Source of the DNA: Hydrolagus affinis
Lineage: Eukaryota
NCBI GenBank assembly: GCA_012026655.1
Contig: JAAILG010000144.1
Span: 1-64,000 of the forward strand
DNA: 64,000 nucleotides
Direction: 5' to 3'
The first letter of the stretch is position 1. Each line of letters begins with the position of its first letter. The notes below the pieces were generated by a model. The model was given only the letters and a program-made list of their open reading frames with translations. It did not search any database and was not told the DNA's origin. The position numbers and the translations under genes were made by a program. This document shows positions 54,079 to 64,000 of the stretch, piece by piece.

Positions 54079-55459
54079 AAATCTACGACCTCTCCCTTTA
54101 GTTCCATCTACCACTCTTCTCCATGGCCTTTAATGTTTGTTCTTACTGATCAACTAGCTATTTAACTCTCTGATAAACCATGCAGCTCTTTACAATGGCT
54201 GCAAAGGGTTTCATGGAGGAGTTTTTTTTGGGTAACCTCACTCTTTTCCAACTTGACACAAGTCCAGCACAAGCTGTCTCAATGTTCTCTAGAAAGCCGT
54301 GAGCAACTCAATACAAGAAGCTCTCAATTGTAATAGAAAAAGACGCCACCCACTCTACTCCAGCATGGCCAGCTTACACGCCTGCACAGCTGTTTCCCTT
54401 ATTGCATGCAGACGCACTTAGCAAATCAAATACTAAAACAAATGGTAAAGAGAAACAAAGAACAACACAAAGCATTAAAAAAAAACAAGGTCTTGAAATT
54501 TGTGCATGAAGCTACTGACTCAGTTAACTGTCCCAAATTTACAACTGAATTGGGTCCTGAGACACTGGAAGTATGGAGAATGTTAAATTTGACCAAATTA
54601 GCAGATGAAACTGACAGCTGTTTAACTTGTCAAATGAGATACAAATATATTTTCATAGAACTTGTTTGCTGATGCATAGGCTTCCTGTATATCTGTCATC
54701 TTCATTTTATTGTGCTGTGTTTTGAATCCTTCTCTGAGAACATGTTTAGCTTGTTTCACCACATCTGTGGGCAAATTACCCAATGGCGATTAGCAATATT
54801 TTTCATTTCCAGAGCTCGCTCAAATTTTACACTGTAGTCCTTGCTGGCTAATGTTAATATGTTAATATGTCATAGGTTAATATGTAATAGGTTAATATAT
54901 CAGTTATATAGCACCACAGGGTCAGAAAATGAAACTCTCAGCTTTCGTCCCCTCAATAGCACTGAATATCCGCACCACAGTCATCTATATACACGGTTAC
55001 TGTGTTACAGTTCACAGCATTAAATACTGGCAGGACTTCTGCATTGTGTTTTTATTCTGTACTTGTTAATTTGATTATTTTAAAAATGGCTAACAAATGT
55101 AAGAACAGTCATATTTAATTTAATTCCAATATATTATTACTAGCCTGAAACTAAAAGGATGCAAGCAAGTCAAATTGAATTCATTTTCAGTAATGGGACA
55201 TCACCAGAATTCAGCTAATCTTTTCTTAGCCAACGTACATTGAATTAACTAACCCATTGTATCAGTGAGCACTAAATATTACAGTTAACAATATTATTGG
55301 GACACATGGTCTAGTTTCCCACAGACACAACCTCATGTCTTTTTTTCTACTAAAATGTTGATGTGAGAAAACCCGCACATTTTATTATTATTTAGTATTT
55401 TTCCATGAAAAGTTCAAATGCTTCCTTTAAAGTGCCACAGACCCAGGGGATTGTGCGTC

Positions 55460-55760
55460 TTGAGGTGGGAGTGGGGGGTGGAGGGGGCGGATAAAGAAGA
55501 GGCTAAGGCTATTGTGCTATAAAATCTATTGTTCCTCCCCCTCTTTATGTAAAGTTGCCGGGCATGCCCGCAGCTCTACTTAACTATTTTATATGTGGGT
55601 GATGCCTAGAAAACGGTTTGATTTGCTTGACTAGTGCTCCATTTACTTGGTAAATTGTTAAATTTTTACACTGAGATGAGAGATTGAGCTTACTTAGCTG
55701 ATGTTATAGGTTGCCCGCGCACGGGTTAAATTATATATAATTCACTCCAATTTACATGCG
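55460..55760 (+). promoter_or_regulatory. Promoter-like segment (GC box, TATA, CpG-enriched)
   Basis: GGGGCGG at 55484-55490, TATAAAA at 55518-55524, palindrome CGGGCATGCCCG at 55559-55570, cccgcgcacggg near 55714. Confidence 0.35.
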
Positions 55761-57539
55761 GACCCAGAAATGGCGATTTGATCCATTATTTCCATATGTT
55801 TACATAGAACAAAAGTCCTGTATCCAATTCTTGGGTTAACCATTCTTAACAGCTTACCCATTGAGGAGTGTATTTACCTTGTTTACTTTGTTGTTCCTCT
55901 ATATTTCTATCGAAAACGTAAAAGCCAAAAAGTTCAGAGTCTTCGATTGAAATCGGTAACAAGGAATCCAGTTAGAAATCCTGCATTTTAGACTCTGCCG
56001 CACTCACTTTCTTTAATAAAGATTCCGAGTCACTCAAATGGAGGAGGAGAAGCAATTCCGATAACAGGACGTGTGTGATGTTGACTATGAGATCTCCACC
56101 TAGAGCCGTGGTCTCCGTCCCACTCTCCCCCCCCATCCCCAGGTGAACAGGATTGCTCACGAGATTCCTTATTGAAGAATCCCGCTTGGAATCCCAAACG
56201 TTGGACTCGGTTGTGTCCATTTAAGAAATGCAACAACGAAAAAACACTTGCAGGAAGGTCGATTGACTGAAGTCAATCTACTCATCCACATTGGTGGATG
56301 AGAAGACGAGTCAGCAAGCAGCTTCCTCTAGTGGTACAGTTTACTAAAGCAGGAGTCTATTTTAGTCGGGTGTGGTTAGAACATTGCATACAGGCTGAAT
56401 TCAGTGGGAAGCTGCTTCCACTTGTGGCGTACAGGATGGACCCAACGGCTAAAGACTTGCCGATTGCTTCAAGGCTTCAAAGTTAGATGGAAAACAAAGA
56501 TTGTTCTGTACGGTTTCATACCCAGACATCAGTGCTTGTCTGGGCAGCTTTGCGAGATAAACAGGAAACCTTGGGACACCAGGATACATTGGCAAACCTC
56601 TTTAGGAAAACATTCGGAATATTTTGAGCGCTCTGGTACTATCCGAGGCATGCAAGCGGAGGAAGAGAAGTGAGCACTATTCAACAGTCCGCAGAATTTG
56701 TTCTGTAATTATTTACAAAGCAGGTTTAAAATAAATTCCCCCAGTTAATTCAGTAATTGAACAGAATGTTTGAGGCACTACTTCTTTTTAAAAAAAAACG
56801 TCATTCCTTAAATCATAAGATTAGTTTGGTTGAAGAAGGCCCATTGGTCCATTTGATTTCATCCTTTCCTACTGTCTTCTCATCACATCATTATTATTAT
56901 TATTATTATCAATATTATTATGCAGGACAATTTGGCTTAACTGACAGTTATTTACTGTCTTGTTTGTCCTGAAAAGGTGACGGTTGGGAGAATTCTGTTT
57001 TTTGCTGGACTGAGTTTTGGAAACTGTAAACTTTAGGTGTTTGCTTAGCAGAGATGCATCCAAACGACCAATATATCATTGCAAATCACTTCAGGTCTAT
57101 TTCTGTATTAAAAACTACTTAGCCTTTCTTCACAACCTAGGATTTTTGAGACATGGTTCTATCTCAGTTGCCTACACTCTAACAATGTTCTCCCGACGTG
57201 AAGTGAGCTACATACATGTTAATTGCTGCTGCTGTTTACTGTTGTCTACATCGTAGCTTAATCCTCAAAACAATTCACTGGGCGGTTCATGGGTTATTGC
57301 GGATGCTTCATTCTGCACAAGGTGCAATACAGGGCTGGCCATTTGACAAAAGTACTCTGCTTTCATTATTCACCTTCTCCCCTTTTTGAAATCCCATCTG
57401 AAAATCTTCCTTTAACTGTGCTTATGTTCACCTCTGTCTACTCGACAACCCTCTCCCCACCCCCACCCCTTCCCCAGCTCGGAGTCAGGCTCCACCACTA
57501 TTAAGCACTGCATAGAGGGTGCAATATAAGTACAAGTAC

Positions 57540-57639
57540 NNNNNNNNNNNNNNNNNNNNNNNNNNNNNNNNNNNNNNNNNNNNNNNNNNNNNNNNNNNNN
57601 NNNNNNNNNNNNNNNNNNNNNNNNNNNNNNNNNNNNNNN
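57540..57639. other. Assembly gap (100 N)
   Basis: Run of N flanked by an L2-like tail on the left and a SINE tail on the right. Confidence 1.
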
Positions 57640-58581
57640 TTGATAAGATGTGGAAAGCGCTATATCAAATGCAAGGATTATTATTATTATTATTATTAAG
57701 TTGTTGTTGTTGTGGTCCTGATGGCTACTGTATGGTATTAACCTTACATTATCACTCTTACATACAAGCCAGTCATCCATTATCTTTGGTCAAACCAATA
57801 GTCCAGGATAAAATCCCACACTAATCTTATTTTAAAACAAGTTGCCAAATCAAGCAAACATTTATTTTTTGGTGGTTTCCTATTCCTAAATAGCCCAACT
57901 GCTTATGTTACATTAAATACAAAAAAAAAGTATTTTTAGAGTTATTGTACGATGTAACAAAGAGAGACTGTTTTCTCCTGCCCAAGGGAAGAGTCAGTAT
58001 TTGCGCATAAAATGCTGAGGCAGGCAGAGTGGGAAAGCATCCTGCTGGAACACTCATCATTGCAGACATTTCACAGTAAGGTCTACCATTGCTCACAGAG
58101 ACTAGTGTGAAAACTACTGATTTCTGTACGTAGATGAGGTAAACAACATCTTTCAAAAAACATAATCTGCAAGCTGCGGATAACATTGCTTTTCCTTCCC
58201 CATTAAAATTGTAGCAATTGGATTTCGTAAGAACATTCAAATTCATAGAGTAGTTTTGTGTTTGCTCAGCGGGGTAATCTGACCCATGGGGTAACCCATC
58301 ACCATTCTTCAGATTATCCAAACTGAACGTTCGACATATGTATGCCCCCTACTCAAGGAAATGCTCCTGAATCTAGAATGGAATGTGCATTCTCTCCCTG
58401 GAGAGACACACCCCGCTTTTCTAAGTCTAGCGAATACTTGGTGCAGAATGGCAAGAGGCAAGGCTCGGAAATCACAGACTGAGATCATTTTACTCTCCAA
58501 AACCAGAGTTTGCATCTGAGAGCTCTGTCTGCCAAGCATCCTGCTGTAAGTCTAGCTAGGACTTACAACTTTCAAGGCCAT

Positions 58582-58968
58582 TCACAGCCTTGCCCCCTCC
58601 TATCTCTCCGACCTACTGACTCCCTGCAAACCTGTACATCCCCTCCGTTCATTGGGCTTCGGTCTGCTCCATGTCCCCCGCCCGACCAGCCCAACATCGG
58701 TGGCCAGGTTTTCAGCCTCTCTACCCCCACACTCTGGAACTCCATCCCACAGTCCCTTCACCTCACTTCCTCCCTTGCCTCCTTCAAGGCTGTCTCAAGA
58801 CCCTCCTCTTCGATTGTGCTTTCTGCCGCCCTCCCAACTTCCTCCCTCCCCTGCTCCCCCTACCCTGGCCACACCTCCTTGCTCAGTTCATGACCACTGA
58901 CTGTTCAGTGCCTTGGGACATCCTCCCGTCATGAAAGACACTCTATAAATGTAATTTTGTTGTTGTTA
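58582..58968 (+). mobile_element. L2-type LINE 3' fragment with ORF2 C-terminus
   Basis: Peptide GGQVFSLSTPTLWNSIPQSLHLTSSLASFK is typical of the L2 ORF2 end; tail ctataaatgtaattttgttgttgtt. Confidence 0.9.
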
Positions 58969-59149
58969 TAGGCCCACCCCACCCATTAGCAACAGCTGAG
59001 TGGGAAGAAACTCTACTCCCAGTGACAAGTCTGTCCCTCCAAGGAGACTGCACCTACCTTCCTCCATAGGAGTATAAGGCCAAGGGCATTGTAGGGTAAA
59101 AAGAAGCTATTAGATCCAATGAGCCTATCCTTTTTTTGACAAATTTCAA

Positions 59150-59400
59150 GCCCAGTCATCAGTTTTTTCACCACATCACTCTTTCCTTTCCAGAATGTGC
59201 AGTGCTCTTGATAACATGCTTTGCGTGTCTTGAATCCCCTTGTGTACATATGTAGGGCAATAATATCTTAAATTAGGTGATGAAAACTGCACAGAATATT
59301 TTAGATGTGGTCCAACCAATGACTTAGACAGCAGCAATATAACCATTCCTGATTTGCACTTTATTAATGCAAACTAGCTTCTTATTTCCCTTTTTTTTTA
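59150..59400 (-). mobile_element. Degenerate CR1 ORF2 fragment
   Basis: Reverse strand 59283-59317 encodes VGPHLKYSVQF, similar to the CR1 motif VRPHLEYCVQFW. Confidence 0.6.
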
Positions 59401-61584
59401 ATCTGCTGTAAAGCACTGGGTTTACGGTTTTATTCATAGCATTCCTAATGAGGTCACTGCACGGTTATGGCCTCTTTCAGATCCTCACTCTTACACAACG
59501 TAGTATAGATGTATCCATATTGAGGCAAATCTACAACAACAACAACAAAATTACAATGTATAGGGCCTTTCACGTCAGTAAATCTACCTGTCAGCTTAGA
59601 TACCCAGAGCATCCTTTTGAATCTGGTTCTCCTATAAGTGATTATTTTTCATGTTTTTCATGTTGCAACACTTTACGTTTGTGTTACAAAACTCTGGAAC
59701 TTTTTTTTTAATCCCACAATAAAACAAACCGTTCGAAGGGAAAGACGTTTGAAATCAGCAAGCTGGCGATTGATTCAAAATGTCATTGGAATGTTGCCTT
59801 TGCGTGCCAATCGATTGAATTTTGAGTGCGATATGATATGAAATACAAACTTTAAAGTAAAATCTGAACAATGTGTGTCACTTATTAGCAGTGCAATTGC
59901 TAATGAGAGTCTATTACTTTGGTTAAATACATCTGTTTGTTCGAAAACTAAGACAATTGGCAGGAACCCCTGCTCTGCTGTGTGACCATTATTCTTGAAT
60001 AATGTGAGCTTTCGAGTCACTTGCTGAGTGGTGTAACTAGTGTACTCGACATTGAGTTTAACCTCAGATCACTCTGTCCTGTGACTGATTGGCAGCAACA
60101 TCTGTTATGGATCAAACATTCAGCAGACGAAACCATTGCCTGCAGAAAACCTCAATTTCTCAGAGTAAGTCTTCCCTTTTTTGTTCCTTCCAAAGTTGAC
60201 ATTGTATAATAAAGTGCACTTATGTTGGTATTTACTCACTGACAAACTGAGTACCCCCACTGACCTGTGCCATTCGCGTAAACATTGCATTTATATCCAT
60301 TTGTTTTAATAGACAGCCTGTGGGAAGGGCTGAGTTCTGTAACCATTGAAGTTGTAATGAGAACCACAAAATTGAGAAGAGTTCAGGTGTTGACATACTT
60401 GAGTTTTTAAAAGCCAAGAGAGAGAGAGGCTATAGGTACGGAGGAGAAATATAAAAGAGGCAAATAATTTTGTAATATTAGTTTTGCGAATAGAACATCA
60501 CTCGTTCCCTACCTTTCTGTCTTGGTTTTACGATCCATTGATAAATTAAAACATTTTCCCACAAAGTCTCCAATTAAAATCTTTCGCTTTCTGAATTACA
60601 ATACGATCCACACAGCCGTCAGAATTATGGCAGAACTTCCTAACTTTCAGCATATGGTAGGTTTGAAAATCAGCCAAATTTCTGATCCGCAATCCAGAAT
60701 TCATAAACTACCTCTTTCCCCTGGGTTTCAGAATGCCTACACAAGCTAGAATTTGAAAGTGCTCACATGCAGGCCTGCAATTAATATCACATTGTGCCTC
60801 AGTGTCAGTGCTGGTGAAGAGGACATTTTTAACTTAACTGTTTCAAGGTAATGGCAGGAAAAAAATATATAAATACCGTATTATTTGATTCAGCAGAGTG
60901 TATAGTTTTGTGGTGTTGCTGTTCTCTAGATAGAGTAGTAGTTCTCTAGATATAGTATTGCTGTGCTCTGGACAGAAAGCTCGAGAAGGAATCCTCAGTA
61001 CGTTTATAAGAAGCCATTCTTTATTCCTGCTCTCCCAGAGCAACTATATTCACTAGTTTTGAACCCAAGTTTCTTTTTTCCCCCCCACCTGCCAGCCCAG
61101 TTCCCTCTTTGTGGATCTCATTCCTTATGGTTCGGCCTTAGGTTTGAAAATGTCGAGACTTAAAACCTGTCATTGGTTCAAAATATTTAAGATTGTTCGG
61201 AGTTATTAAAAGTTACCTTTACAGGATGAGTCTCGCACGTTCTTTGCACTGAGGGCGGTTCTCTCTTAAATAGGCCATTGCCTTGAATTATCCCATATTC
61301 CCTGGTGGCAATAAAATCTCGACATTTCACAGCTTCTTCAGTTATCAGGACTGCTTCCCCCTCCCTCCACAACAAGTGCCTGTAGTCCTCTGCCTTGTCA
61401 CAATAATATTCAGATATAAGGAGAGAATGTGAAAGGCCACTCACTTCATTAATGAGAGGAATTATGTGAACGCAGCTCCATGATAGCGAATACACAAAGC
61501 AAACTCATCAACTCTTAAATGCAGAGGTCAACAGAGAAATTCTCAATATAGCCTGCAAAATGGGTTGCTGAATTCCATATACTG

Positions 61585-61765
61585 TAATAATAATGCTTAC
61601 ATTTGATATATCACTTTTCACGTCTTCTAGATGTCTCAAAGCACTTCATGAAATATACTGTAATCTGAACTGACTGTATGTTTATAGGCAAAACACAGCA
61701 GCCAATTGCGCACAGCAGTGTCCCACAAACCGTCATAAAATGAAATGAACAATTTATTATTGTTT
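61585..61765 (-). mobile_element. SINE 3' half
   Basis: catttgatatatcacttttcacgtcttctagatgtctcaaagc...gcgcacagcagtgtcccacaaac. Confidence 0.9.
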
Positions 61766-62314
61766 TTTTTCTCCAAAATTCTCTTTGTGTAAAGCACACA
61801 TTTGTTGAGCATTCTCTATGATTAGCCAAATCCAGAGCAGTTACATTTATTTCTAAACCCACCACATTTAAGCCCATAAACTGAGCAACATCTACTGTTT
61901 CATATGTTAAGCTGAATAAGCATGGTTCGGATTCTTCAGCATGTGGGACCTCTTCCTCAGATAGAGCTCCAAGTGAGCCGGAAAGGGTCTATAAATATCG
62001 ATTGCTGTTGAAAGCTATGGCAATGAGCTATTGGCAAGAGTGATTGACAGTCCATTTTACAATTACCCAGCTGGCATGAATTTCGCAACTAATGGGTCAA
62101 TAATTACAGCCTCAGAATTCCAACCAATATTTATTCCATTATACACTCAGGCAGAAATTGCTGGTATGAGACAAAAATAATATTCTCCCATTTTAATGAG
62201 AGTTGCAGAAGGTTACGCAGCACCACTTATGTTATTAGTGCCCATTAGCCTCTGTTCTACTACTGCCAAATATTACGTTAACTAGAAGACAGGAATGGAT
62301 TTTAAACCAATCGT

Positions 62315-62450
62315 CTCGGCTGACACTCCAATGCAGTGCTGAGAGAGCGCTACATTGTCAGAGGTGTCATCTCTCTGATAAGATGTTACACTGAAGTTTT
62401 GTCCGCCTGTTGAGGTGGATCTTTAAGATCCTATGGCACCATTCAAAGAG
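62315..62450 (+). mobile_element. Old DeuSINE internal fragment
   Basis: ggctgacactccaatgcagtgctgagagagcgctacattgtcagagg...aagatcctatggcac. Confidence 0.65.
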
Positions 62451-62648
62451 ACAGATCAAGGTAAACCAAGCAGAAAGGAATGAGTGACGTAAAGTTTGGA
62501 GTCAAGATTGTTGGAAGAAGACAAAGGGTAAGAAGACTAAGTCTTGATTTTAGCACCAAGTATACCCAAACAGAAAGAAGAGAGAAAGAGACCATGCAGT
62601 AAGGCTTGGAAAGATAACGGAGGAATGCTTAGAAGTCCTGTAGTCCAT

Positions 62649-62969
62649 GGAGTCCTGTAGCTCAGTGGATAGAGCACTCGCCCTTACAAGCGTGAGACCT
62701 GTTTTCGAATCCAGGCAGGATCAGGGCGAAACCTTGGGCAAGTTTCCTTACTCCACATGCCTAATAATAATCCATCCAAATTTTTTTAAAAAAATTGGTA
62801 GTTTTCCATCCACGACTGTTTGTGGAATACTGCTGTATACAATTGGCTGCCGCGTTTTACCCACAAGTATACAATCAATTCACTTTTCAGTATATTCTGC
62901 GAAGCGCTTTGGGACATCTGGAAGAAGTTGAAAGCACTATATCAAATGCAAGGATTATTATTATTATTA
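62649..62969 (+). mobile_element. Full-length tRNA-derived SINE
   Basis: ggagtcctgtagctcagtggatagagcac...ttcgaatcc...(ATT)n. Confidence 0.95.
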
Positions 62970-63559
62970 GAAGAGTAAATAATACAGTATTATTAATAAG
63001 ATGGACAGTAGAGTCAACACACTCTCCCTATCAAGAGAATTAGAATATAATGCCAAGGTTGCTGTTGGCCATAATACCAGATGACGGACTGTTCTTTCCA
63101 CTTAGTTTCATAGAACACACTGTAAGTGTGGCAATTTTACCGCCATAAAATATTGAAATAGGGCACATTTACAGAAACAGTCAAAGATCAAAAGATCTTG
63201 AGATAGGACTCGGCCAGGGTGTGCAAATTAATGTTACATTGGACTGAACTACTGTATAACCCATTGTTTTAAATAGCATTCGTCACATTACTTTTAAAAC
63301 AAATGTAAAAATGTAAAAAGGATATTTCTCATATCTGTGATTTTTGTTTAATAAATCCTAGGTCATTATTTGGATTCATTCGTTTTGTTGTCACCTATCA
63401 GGAGGGAATGTAATAACATCTTGAGTTTGCCTGAAAATGCATTCCAAAATTCACATCAAGGACGTCAAGTCTAAACGCCACTGGTAGGAAGACTCCATCA
63501 TGGTGGTGCATCAAGGACTGGTTCATCAGGAAATTGTCTGTGTGATTCTCAAACCACAA

Positions 63560-63690
63560 TTGTTTGTGGGACACTGCTGTGCGCAATTGGCCGCCACATT
63601 TCACCCACAAGATATGCAATCCATTTATTTTACAGTATATATTCTGTGAAGCAATTTGAGATGTCTCAACGACATGATAAGGCGTTGTAT
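63560..63690 (+). mobile_element. SINE core/3' fragment
   Basis: tgtttgtgggacactgctgtgcgcaattggccgccacatttcacccacaa. Confidence 0.85.
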
Positions 63691-64000
63691 CAGAGGGCGA
63701 GCATTATTCTTCTTCTCCGCACAACATGTACCTAATCCCAATCACTCCACTGGGCTCGGCTGGAAAGTGGATCCCAAGCACTTAACAAGAGGAAAAAACA
63801 AGGAAGGAGATAGAGGGAGCTTCATTACATCTCTGACAATACCAGGGAAGACCATCCCCGTAGGCCTGATTGACTGACTGGAAACTCAGAGGAGGTTAGA
63901 GCAGCTGGCTTGCCAAAGGTGATAGTCTATGACTCATATTCCACTGGATGGTCGGCTACAAATGCCCTTTAGGCAGTTTAATAAACACACCGTTTCAAAG

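Noticed and set aside
57412-57824. ORFs spanning the N run
   Set aside because: Artefacts of the assembly gap and flanking repeat tails.
58510-58934. Three overlapping Pro-rich ORFs
   Set aside because: Explained by an L2 LINE 3' remnant.
61217-61395. Minus-strand open segment AEDYRHLLW...THPVK with AAG|gtaact donor
   Set aside because: Weak acceptor and no homology recognised; insufficient support to list as an exon.

Overview
AT-rich vertebrate genomic DNA, most likely from a cartilaginous fish, possibly a chimaera such as Callorhinchus. That assignment is inferred from the repeat content only: tRNA-derived SINEs with a Deu-like core, shark-type CR1 3' ends and L2 3' ends. The window is mostly intronic or intergenic. 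It holds many SINE and LINE fragments, microsatellites, a 100-N assembly gap (57540-57639), a CpG/G-rich left end and a promoter-like segment at about 55.4-56.7 kb. No ORF in the supplied track is recognisable as a host protein; the only recognisable peptides are LINE ORF2 remnants. Several minus-strand segments have good splice signals and open frames, so they may be exons of a gene I cannot name. The most unusual unexplained structures are: (1) a ~750-bp fold-back at 34560-35307 with a perfect 32-bp inverted core; (2) a 106-bp-period tandem duplication at 51848-52035 that duplicates a MEF2-type site and a possible 3' splice site; (3) a ~310-bp palindromic element at 9200-9511; (4) a 7-kb repeat-poor, 3'UTR-like block at about 20.4-27.7 kb. 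Repeat family names come from recalled consensus similarity and need Dfam/Repbase confirmation. I found no firm evidence of a new biological system, only testable candidates.
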